Part shown: positions 46,343-53,686 of the stretch, piece by piece
Position numbering within the stretch: the stretch's first letter is position 1
Layout: the number at the start of each line of letters is the position of its first letter
Virus record (IMG/VR): IMGVR_UViG_3300049825_000213
Span: 1-53,686 of that record
Source: a virus
Taxonomy: Duplodnaviria; Caudoviricetes
DNA length: 53,686 bases
Direction: 5' to 3' (one strand)
Translations under genes and position numbers: made by a program
Notes under the pieces: generated by a model
What the model was told of the DNA's origin: nothing
The model's database searches: none
What the model saw: only the letters and a program-made list of their open reading frames with translations

Positions 46343-46542
46343 CGGCTGTAACACAGATAACCAGAGGGCGCTCGGCCGCGGGGGAAACCCCGGTGCATAC
46401 GGTCCGATTGAGCCGGCAGTTGCTGGCGGAAATTGATGCTTGGTGCAGCAAACAGGTCGATCGTCCGACGCGGTCCAATGCTATCAGGAGATTGATAACG
46501 TGTGGGTTGAACTACAGTTCGGCGGGGGAGAGGGGGATATGA
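46330..46542 (+). CDS. Ribbon-helix-helix (CopG-like) regulator
   Basis: TVRLSRQLLAEIDAWC...PTRSNAIRRLI. Confidence 0.75.
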   Translation: MRKSTAVTQITRGRSAAGETPVHTVRLSRQLLAEIDAWCSKQVDRPTRSNAIRRLITCGLNYSSAGERGI

Positions 46543-47045
46543 GCAATTTCGATAAATGTTTGAAACAGGCCGAACTCAAGAAGCATCTATTTTACGACCC
46601 AGAAACGGGGATTTTTACTTGGCTGCGGAATGCAAATAACCGCTCACGCTTAGCCGGCGATAAGGCGGGAGGACTCTCTTCGAGAGGCTATGTGCGAATG
46701 AAGTTGCTCGGCATCGAAATGCTGGCCCATCGACTTGCATGGCTATACGTTTATGGAGACTGGCCGACACTTACAATAGATCACATCAATGGCATTCGAT
46801 CTGATAATAGAATATCCAATTTGAGGCAAGCAAATGCTATTGAGCAGAGAGCAAATGCGAAGCTGAATCATAACAGCACATCCGGATTTCGAGGTGTTTA
46901 CTTCAACAAACGACGGGGCAAATGGCGGGCTCATATCCAGCACGAGCACCTCGGATATTTTGAAACAAAGCAACTCGCCGCCGTTGCCTACTCGATCGAA
47001 TTTGACCACCGCTTCGGTGCAGCGTTTAAGAGGGAAACCATATGA
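46539..47045 (+). CDS. HNH homing endonuclease with AP2-like C-terminal domain
   Basis: YDPETGIFTW, AHRLAWLY, IDHINGIRSDNRISNLR, TSGFRGV, HLGYF. Confidence 0.9.
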   Translation: MSNFDKCLKQAELKKHLFYDPETGIFTWLRNANNRSRLAGDKAGGLSSRGYVRMKLLGIEMLAHRLAWLYVYGDWPTLTIDHINGIRSDNRISNLRQANAIEQRANAKLNHNSTSGFRGVYFNKRRGKWRAHIQHEHLGYFETKQLAAVAYSIEFDHRFGAAFKRETI

Positions 47046-48169
47046 ATGAGAATTGGGAGTCTTGCCTCAAGAACTTATTACAGCATGAAGGAATGAACGA
47101 TGATGATCCGCAAGACCCAGGCGGGCGCACCTCGCGCGGGATCACACAATTCGAATACGACAACTATCGGGACCGCCATGGGCAGCCACGCCGTGACGTC
47201 TGGACTGCAGACGATGCGGAGGTTCGTGATATTTACCGAACCAAGTATTGGGATGTTCTGCAATGCGATCACCTGCCCGCTGGGGTCGACTATGCCGTGT
47301 TCGACTACGGGGTGAATTCAGGGGTGAGTCGGGCGGCCAAGGTACTGCAGCAGATCATAGGGGCAGCCATTGATGGCGAGATCGGGGTAGAGACGATCGG
47401 ACGTGCCAAGTCGCTGCCATCCGACAGCATCATTCGCGCGATGTCTAGCGAGCGCCTAGGATTCCTGAAGCAAGTGAAAACGTGGCCGCGCTTCGGCAAG
47501 GGCTGGTCGCGTCGCGTGGCAGAGGTTCAGGCGCAGTCGCTGAAGATGGCTGAGGTGCCGCCCAGTCAGCAGGTTCCAACCCCTGGTCAGCCGGCTACCA
47601 GTTGGCTTTCTGCCGTCATCGGGGCACTTATGGCGCTTTTCCGTGGACGCTCCGGCGTCTCGCCGCCGGTTCCTGTGCCTGCCAAGCAAGCCGAACCGCC
47701 GTGGATGACATGGGCAAAAAAGGAGGTTGGATTTCATGAAATTGGACAAAATAGGGGAATCGAAAAATACATCAGCCTGGGGAAGTGCGGCAGTGTCGGT
47801 GATCCATGGTGCAGTATATTCTGCAACGCCGCTCTTGAATCCTCCGGCGTACGGGGCAGCCGTTCAGCCCTGGCAAGAAGTTTCGAACGTGATCCATTTT
47901 TCGTCAAACTGGACGGACCCGCACTCGGAGCAATAACGACCATGTGGCGGGGCTCGATCGGGTCTGGCCTGGGCCACGTTTTCCTGTACGCCGGAGAATC
48001 CGAGGGCGGTCGCGTGCTGGCGCTTGGCGGCAATCAGTCTGATCAGGTATGCCTGCAATACGAGCCGCGCAACCGCATCGTCGGCTACTGGTGGCCAAAA
48101 TCCGTACCCCTGCCGAAGATTGGCAAAATCATCGTTGACTCGACCGCAGGAGAGGGAACTGAAACATGA
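47042..48169 (+). CDS. Endolysin: GH108 lysozyme fused to a TIGR02594/NlpC-P60-like domain
   Basis: HEG...DPGGRT..GIT, FDYGVNSG, FGKGWSRR; then PWCSIF...GHVF...LGGNQSD. Confidence 0.88.
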   Translation: MNENWESCLKNLLQHEGMNDDDPQDPGGRTSRGITQFEYDNYRDRHGQPRRDVWTADDAEVRDIYRTKYWDVLQCDHLPAGVDYAVFDYGVNSGVSRAAKVLQQIIGAAIDGEIGVETIGRAKSLPSDSIIRAMSSERLGFLKQVKTWPRFGKGWSRRVAEVQAQSLKMAEVPPSQQVPTPGQPATSWLSAVIGALMALFRGRSGVSPPVPVPAKQAEPPWMTWAKKEVGFHEIGQNRGIEKYISLGKCGSVGDPWCSIFCNAALESSGVRGSRSALARSFERDPFFVKLDGPALGAITTMWRGSIGSGLGHVFLYAGESEGGRVLALGGNQSDQVCLQYEPRNRIVGYWWPKSVPLPKIGKIIVDSTAGEGTET

Positions 48170-48456
48170 AGTTTCGCAAGAAGCCTATTATTATCGAGGC
48201 CATGCAGTTCGTGACAAATAACGAGCTCGGCGACAAAAACATGAAAGAAATTGTCGCGTGGATTAATGATTGCAGGCGGGTTGATAAACCGCTTGGCCCT
48301 CACGCATGGCACAACGGAACCGATATTATGATTCCGACGCTTGAGGGCGAAATGAAAGCAAACTGCAAGGATTGGATTATTCGCGGGGTCGCAGGCGAGT
48401 TCTACCCCTGCAAACCCTACATATTCGAAGCGACCTATGAGGCTGTAACAACATGA
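48166..48456 (+). CDS. Conserved phage hypothetical protein
   Basis: FRKKPIIIEAMQF...IPTLEG...DWIIRGVAGEFYPCKP.IFEATYE. Confidence 0.8.
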   Translation: MKFRKKPIIIEAMQFVTNNELGDKNMKEIVAWINDCRRVDKPLGPHAWHNGTDIMIPTLEGEMKANCKDWIIRGVAGEFYPCKPYIFEATYEAVTT

Positions 48457-48716
48457 TCCAAGACGCGCAAGAAGAGATTCTGGCGGCGGCATGTAATGTG
48501 CTTGACAAGGCGCATGAGATGCTGAGCTTTATTGTTCGACATAACGGCAAATGTACGCCGGAATTTGTTGCATCTTGTGCTGCGTGGGTGGACGGCGAAT
48601 ATGATCCAGGCGAGCGTCGGCCACGCACGTGCGAACACGTATGGAAAAAGGCAGTCCTCGACGGGTCTGTTTGGTGTACGCGCTGCAATGTTCGCAGTGC
48701 AGTGGATTGTCAATAG
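48453..48716 (+). CDS. Cys-rich hypothetical protein
   Basis: 87 aa; paralogous remnant at 6688-6810. Confidence 0.6.
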   Translation: MIQDAQEEILAAACNVLDKAHEMLSFIVRHNGKCTPEFVASCAAWVDGEYDPGERRPRTCEHVWKKAVLDGSVWCTRCNVRSAVDCQ

Positions 48717-48743
48717 AGACTCATCAGAAATAGGAACCGAAAT

Positions 48744-49064
48744 ATGAACCTAATCCTGACTACCGTTGTGTTTGCGATTCCGGCCTATATGGCATTCTGC
48801 ATCATCCACGGCTACATGACAGCTACGGGTTCGATCTGGCAACGACTGGTCGCGGCGTTCCGCGGCTCGGCTACGATCCTCTGGGCGCGGCTCAATGGCA
48901 TGAGCATTGCGGCAATCGGCGCGGCTGGCGAGATATCCACGCTCGTCGGCGCGCCAGGTGTCAAGGAGGCTATCGCGCCGTATCTCGCTCCCGAATATAT
49001 GGTCGCCTACACGCTATTCGTGTTGATCGGGGCCGAGATCGCACGCCGGAGGACGCTGGCATGA
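48744..49064 (+). CDS. Membrane protein, holin candidate
   Basis: Three hydrophobic segments; lysis module. Confidence 0.6.
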   Translation: MNLILTTVVFAIPAYMAFCIIHGYMTATGSIWQRLVAAFRGSATILWARLNGMSIAAIGAAGEISTLVGAPGVKEAIAPYLAPEYMVAYTLFVLIGAEIARRRTLA

Positions 49065-49237
49065 CAACCACTGCATGGATATTCGGCGTGCTGCTCTTGG
49101 TGGCAGCCGCGATCGTCGTGTGGTTTGTCATCGCGTTCGCAGGGTCGAAGTAGCACTATGAAGAGCAACATCGCCGTTATCATAGGGCTGACACTCATTG
49201 CCATCCTGTTCATATTATTGGTCAAGGGGTATCCATA

Positions 49238-49630
49238 ATGCTCGGCATGATCCTTGGATTCCTGGGTGGCCCCCTGCTGTCAAACTTGGCAGCTGCATAT
49301 AAGGCAAAACTGGAATCAGCTGGCGCGCAGGACAAGCTCGCGGTCGATCTGGCCGTGAAGGAGATCGAGGCGGAAGTCGCCGCGCGGGCGGAAGCCACAA
49401 AGGTTATGGTTCTCGAAAATGGCCTATGGTTTACTTGGATGCCTCGCGCCATCGTGCAATGGTCGTTTGCGCTGTTCGTCGGCAAGTGCGTGGTGTGGGA
49501 CAACATGCTTGGGCTTGGCACCACAGACCCGCTGCAAGGCGATATAGCTACATGGAGCGGATGGGTTATGATAACCTGGTTTTCCGGCCGATCCCTTGAA
49601 AAAATAGCACAGGTATTTGGGCGGAAATGA
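49238..49630 (+). CDS. Holin-like membrane protein
   Basis: Hydrophobic segments; WFSGRSLEK motif. Confidence 0.65.
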   Translation: MLGMILGFLGGPLLSNLAAAYKAKLESAGAQDKLAVDLAVKEIEAEVAARAEATKVMVLENGLWFTWMPRAIVQWSFALFVGKCVVWDNMLGLGTTDPLQGDIATWSGWVMITWFSGRSLEKIAQVFGRK

Positions 49631-49633
49631 TTC

Positions 49634-49852
49634 ATGGTTGACCAGACAAAAAATGAGGTGGCACTAGCCGTTCTCGACCTCAAGATGACGCAAATGCAGG
49701 AATCACATGAGGAGCTGAAAGGTAAATTCGACGCATTGAACGCCAACTACAACTCGCTTATAAACAGGGGAATGGGCGGGTTTCTGGTCATCTCTACGCT
49801 TGGCGCTGCATCTGGGTATATTCTCGCAGCACTCAAGAAGGTAGGTCTGTAA
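49634..49852 (+). CDS. Coiled-coil plus transmembrane small protein
   Basis: 72 aa; lysis-module position. Confidence 0.6.
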   Translation: MVDQTKNEVALAVLDLKMTQMQESHEELKGKFDALNANYNSLINRGMGGFLVISTLGAASGYILAALKKVGL

Positions 49853-50307
49853 TGACAACGACAAAATTCCTCGTAGTCGGTTCTATCATCGGGCTGTTTG
49901 GCGCTGCCTCGACGCTGTCGTTTCATGCTGCCGCCCCGCCGCCGCTCCCGCCGCATGAATTGCATGGTGTTCGGATCGAGCCGAATGTTGTTGCACCTGG
50001 CCCAGACGGCTACGTGAACATGGTCGTGTACACCGAGGCGATTCGGCGAAAGGGATGCAAAGCCACCGTGATGAGGCTGGTGGCCAATAGTGATGGCGAT
50101 GTGGTCTATTTCACGATGGCAGGTGCCAGTCGCGTTCCTCCGGACGGAAAGAAGACCGAATTTCCGGTCCATATTCGCATCAAGGCCGACAAGGTACCGG
50201 ACGGCCAATATCTCTATCAAAATGTTGTGATTAACAAGGACTGCCCGGGCCTAGCCGAGGCCATCATCGTGCCTGGTGATAGCGCCACATTTGAGGTCAA
50301 GAGGTAG
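49852..50307 (+). CDS. Signal-anchored protein, last late gene
   Basis: N-terminal hydrophobic segment, Pro-rich linker, two Cys. Confidence 0.6.
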   Translation: MTTTKFLVVGSIIGLFGAASTLSFHAAAPPPLPPHELHGVRIEPNVVAPGPDGYVNMVVYTEAIRRKGCKATVMRLVANSDGDVVYFTMAGASRVPPDGKKTEFPVHIRIKADKVPDGQYLYQNVVINKDCPGLAEAIIVPGDSATFEVKR

Positions 50308-50452
50308 ATTTCTCACGTCCAGTTTAATATCAAAATTCGCGGCGAGTGGGCGGGGCGCGATCCCCGCATTGTGTCGTCCCTAGAGCGAGTGCCAAAGAGC
50401 CGGTTTTTAATCGGCATCCTACGCGTCGCTGGGCTATTCTCTGCTTTGCCCT

Positions 50453-50656
50453 TCATTCATTCGGAGGCCGTTTCCGTCGCTCTATTGAGCAGTACGGGCC
50501 ACACTCGACGTTTCCTAGATATGGCATTCCTGGATACATTGTGTCAATGATCTCCAGTTCACAATCATCGCAATACCAGCCTCCGTCAGTTCCTGTCGCG
50601 CGATCGGTAGGCTCATAGGAATAGCCAATGTAAGCATCACATTTTAGGCAGTTCAT
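50453..50656 (-). CDS. Small Cys-rich protein
   Basis: CLKC...CDDC...CGPYC. Confidence 0.55.
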   Translation of the reverse strand: MNCLKCDAYIGYSYEPTDRATGTDGGWYCDDCELEIIDTMYPGMPYLGNVECGPYCSIERRKRPPNE

Positions 50657-51039
50657 GGTTCCACATCCTCATTGGCATGTCTTCCCTCCGCCTTCGCGAT
50701 CGCGGCGCGCGCCATGCCTATCACGCTTGTTGGCGTTGCATCTCCGTTCCATCCAGGATGTTTGACTCTCATGTGCGCCTCCATGCACAAAATAGAGAAT
50801 TTGAGCGCCGTTATTAGTTCGGCGTTTACTTCGGTCAACTGCTGTATTTCTTTCGACAACCGCGTGACTATTTCGCTGGTCCGTAGTTCTTCGACGTCGT
50901 CATCAACATAGCCAGCGGCTGCTATGGCGTTTTGTGCGGTCTCTTCAGCGTCGCGCAGGTCACCACTCCAGTACTCAGTCCTCCATATTTCATGTCCCAC
51001 CACCTCGATCATTTTCTGTGTCGGTTTCATGATGACCAT
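50653..51039 (-). CDS. Hypothetical protein
   Basis: Ends ARAAIAKAEG, a common phage early-gene motif. Confidence 0.65.
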   Translation of the reverse strand: MVIMKPTQKMIEVVGHEIWRTEYWSGDLRDAEETAQNAIAAAGYVDDDVEELRTSEIVTRLSKEIQQLTEVNAELITALKFSILCMEAHMRVKHPGWNGDATPTSVIGMARAAIAKAEGRHANEDVEP

Positions 51040-51090
51040 CCGGTCGGCTCGGTTATGACGTAGGGCGTGGTTATGGTGTTGCTCATTTTG

Positions 51091-51438
51091 TTAGCGTTGT
51101 TGCGCCCATCGCGGGTTCCCGTTCATCTTGCGCCATCCGCAAAATGTGGCCTTCTTTTTGATTCCAGTGACTCGACGCTGGATTCTCTTCACCTTTGCAA
51201 TCGCTGGAATATCGTAATCAGATGTTTTTTTCTTATGGCATGGTACACATAGACATTCCGCATTGTCGAGTTCGTTCGACCCGCCCATGGCGTCGGGAAT
51301 GACATGATCGCAGTGCCAGCGGCCTGCGCGCAATCTTTCCCCGCACCGCTTCTCGTCAACAATTCCTTGGCAACGGCCACCGCATCGCTCGAATGCCGCA
51401 ACCTTCGTCTTTACGGAAAATTCTTGGCGATGACTCAT
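51091..51438 (-). CDS. HNH endonuclease
   Basis: RCQG...CG...DHVIP...GGSNELDNAECLCVPCHKKKT. Confidence 0.85.
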   Translation of the reverse strand: MSHRQEFSVKTKVAAFERCGGRCQGIVDEKRCGERLRAGRWHCDHVIPDAMGGSNELDNAECLCVPCHKKKTSDYDIPAIAKVKRIQRRVTGIKKKATFCGWRKMNGNPRWAQQR

Positions 51439-51947
51439 GCTGACATTCCCGCGTTTTCCTCAAGTTTTACTCTGGTCGTCTTCGCCATCGCGGCGATGAC
51501 GTCGAGTACCTTGGTTTTGGACTCCTGAAACAGCTTATGTCCCATTGTCTTGACGCTCTGGCTGTGCGGCGTCCACACTGTTACCACGCGTCCATTGATG
51601 CTGACAATGCGGATTTTCGCGCCGCCCTTGGCGATCACGGCCGCGCGAATTGCATCGTCGCTCGACGCACAATTGATCGCTGTCTTGTCGGCGTACCCCG
51701 CCTTGACGAGCGCCCATGCGCGCAGGTGCTCGCTGGTCGGCAACTGATCAGTATATTCCTCCGACAAATTCAGCCACGCCTCATGCACACATGCGAAATA
51801 GTGCCTGTGTGATTCGGGGGAGCGGGCCTCCTGTGCGACCATCGGGTAGACGTGTCCGACGACGAATTGCTTAGCTGCGCGATCAAGAAACGCGCGGCTT
51901 ATCGGCGTCATGGTGGCGCCATCCCATTTCATGGCCACTGGGTTCAT
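51435..51947 (-). CDS. NinB/Orf-like recombination accessory protein
   Basis: RSPESHRHYFA...SEHLR...SQSVKTM; lies between the exonuclease and the HNH. Confidence 0.55.
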   Translation of the reverse strand: MNPVAMKWDGATMTPISRAFLDRAAKQFVVGHVYPMVAQEARSPESHRHYFACVHEAWLNLSEEYTDQLPTSEHLRAWALVKAGYADKTAINCASSDDAIRAAVIAKGGAKIRIVSINGRVVTVWTPHSQSVKTMGHKLFQESKTKVLDVIAAMAKTTRVKLEENAGMSA

Positions 51948-52585
51948 GGCGCGGCCTCATACCGCTTGCGAAGGTCAGCAACGGTCGCGTCGACTTCTGC
52001 CAAGAATTTGATGACCTCGCGTTCAAGTTCGGCAATTCTGGCATCGTCGCGTTCAATCCGTTTGACGAATAACCGCATGGATTCCGGCATGCGGTTGTCG
52101 TAGCTTACGAAGTCGCACCAGGCACGACCGGTGCATGCAAGTTGCCATTGGATTTGCGTGATGTATTTCCCGGGCACCGAAGCGCCTAGAAGCGTTTCGA
52201 TGTGGGTAGCGACGATTGGGCATTTTATCTCCACCATGCCTTCGTCATCTGTTAAACCGTCCGGACTGCATCCGGTCATGGCGATTGTCGGATGAGCGAC
52301 GAAGCCAACCTCGTGGACCGTTCTTCCTGAGAAAAACTCATATGTGCGGCGGGCCTCAGGTTCGGTTTCCGTTCCATGTTGCATTGCGGCATTGGTGTAA
52401 CTTTCCTGAACATTACCAGTCAGGCGTTCGGCCACTATTTGCGCGGCGTAGTTTGCGCGGCTGGTTGACGGCCCGGTCTTGGTTTTGGCGATGACATCGG
52501 CCACGCGTGATGCTGTCACCTTGCCGCAGCGCGCGGCGAACCATAACTCACTGCCTTGTATGACGTTAATATGAGATTCTGACAT
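51944..52585 (-). CDS. YqaJ/lambda-exonuclease-family recombinase
   Basis: QGSELWFAARCGKVTAS, MQHGTETEPEAR, GCSPDGL, EIKCP, QIQWQL. Confidence 0.92.
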   Translation of the reverse strand: MSESHINVIQGSELWFAARCGKVTASRVADVIAKTKTGPSTSRANYAAQIVAERLTGNVQESYTNAAMQHGTETEPEARRTYEFFSGRTVHEVGFVAHPTIAMTGCSPDGLTDDEGMVEIKCPIVATHIETLLGASVPGKYITQIQWQLACTGRAWCDFVSYDNRMPESMRLFVKRIERDDARIAELEREVIKFLAEVDATVADLRKRYEAAP

Positions 52586-53503
52586 TCGATACCTTCCCGC
52601 CAGCAATCGCGGCGACTACGGCTTGCGCCTGTTTTTTGGTGAGTTCGGCAAAGTTCACGAGGTCGTCCACCGCAGCGGTATTGAATTTTCGCCGATGCTC
52701 GATGTCGGCTTCCCGGCGCTTGGCTTCGGCCTCTTCGTCTGCTTTGACTTTCGCCGCGCGGCGTTGCTCTGCCTCGACGGCTGCGGCCTTTTCAAACTCT
52801 GCGCGGGCCTCGGCCGCAATACTGTCGCGTTCGGCCTTTTCTGCCGCTGCCTTGGCATTGGCCTCGGCCTGTGCGGCGTGGGCTATTGCGGCCAGTCGCT
52901 CACGCTCGGCGACCTGAGCGACGGCGGCGGCGCGCTCTTCGGCCTCCTGTTTGGCGCGTGCGGCGATACGATCGTCGCGCTCGCGCTGCTCTTGTTCGTG
53001 GGCCGCCTTGATGGCCGCGACTACGCGTTCAGCTTCCGCCTTGCGCAGCCGCTCAAGTTCGGCGCGCTCTTGGTCACGTTTAAGCGCATCCTTTAGGTCT
53101 ATATCTAGTGAATTATTGACGACTACAAGCATGTGTTCTGCTTGTGGTTGATATTCTTCCCATTGACGGCCCGGCTGGAAATGCCGCAGAGCTTCAATTC
53201 TGGCATACACTTCGGCGCCAGTTGGAATTGCTGTAAATGTTGCCAGCGACTGCAGCTCCATCAACATGCTCGCGTGCCCATTTTTCCGGGCCTCTTCCTT
53301 GGCCTCATATTCATCCACAGGCCTGCGGACCTCATCCCGGAGCGCGTCGAGACGGTCGCGGATGATGTGCCGGTCGGCATCAACCACACCAGCGGCACGC
53401 TTGAGCTCCGCGACGAAATTCTTTCCCATTTCGTCCAAGGCCGTTTTCGATCGCGCGACCTTGAACGCCAAGGAGGATGCTTCTTTGCGTCCGCCAGGCG
53501 TGC
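52566..53503 (-). CDS. Coiled-coil early protein (starts at 121 across the junction)
   Basis: SLAFKVARSKTALD...RDEVRRP; Ala/Glu/Arg-rich; ends VRISY. Confidence 0.8.
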
Positions 53504-53560
53504 TGGCGTCGATGACTGTTGCGCGCACCTTGTGCTCGACATCGGCAATCAAAACCTCAA
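53504..53560 (+). repeat. Terminal overlap, copy 2
   Basis: Identical to 1-57. Confidence 0.95.
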
Positions 53561-53686
53561 GTCGCTCACGCTCGGCGACCTGAGCGACGGCGGCGGCGCG
53601 CTCTTCGGCCTCCTGTTTGGCGCGTGCGGCGATACGATCGTCGCGCTCGCGCTGCTCTTGTTCGTGGGCCGCCTTGATGGCCGCGA
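53561..53686 (+). other. 126-bp exact duplicate of 52895-53020, probable chimeric contig end
   Basis: Breaks the ORF that continues cleanly at 58-121. Confidence 0.8.

Noticed and set aside
50341-50452. tRNA-like element on the minus strand
   Set aside because: It has a T-arm-like hairpin (GCGGGG-ATCGCG-CCCCGC) and an anticodon-like hairpin, but no TTC loop, a poor acceptor stem and no D-arm. At best it is a degenerate relic or terminator between convergent operons; tRNAscan-SE/ARAGORN would settle it.

Overview
The window is an apparently complete, circularly permuted dsDNA tailed-phage genome of about 53.5 kb. Bases 1-57 repeat at 53504-53560, and the last 126 bp duplicate 52895-53020 and look like an assembly artefact. 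The head and short-tail module is of the T7/BPP-1-like podovirus type: TerS, TerL, portal, scaffold, major capsid, tail tubular A/B and large ejection proteins. The early region has a lambdoid layout. Leftward genes include ERF, a YqaJ exonuclease, an HNH and two pentapeptide-repeat genes. Rightward genes include a Cro-like HTH, a DnaA_C protein, GcrA, two adenine methyltransferases, RusA-like, DUF559 and a replication initiator with an internal palindromic origin. GcrA and the DnaA_C protein point to an alphaproteobacterial host. I see no integrase, CI repressor, DNA polymerase, reverse transcriptase, CRISPR array or canonical tRNA. The most unusual feature is an 8.5-kb block (33003-41557) between two ejection-protein genes. 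It holds two tandem cassettes with the same layout: a paralogous opener gene, different fibre/spike cargo, and a paralogous closer gene. The two closers share an in-frame 130-bp direct repeat. Other candidates are two structured non-coding leaders (before terS and before the capsid gene), a 39-bp promoter/stem-loop/RBS element present twice, a four-copy operator array, and a probable ACG start codon. All product calls come from motif recognition by eye, not database searches.
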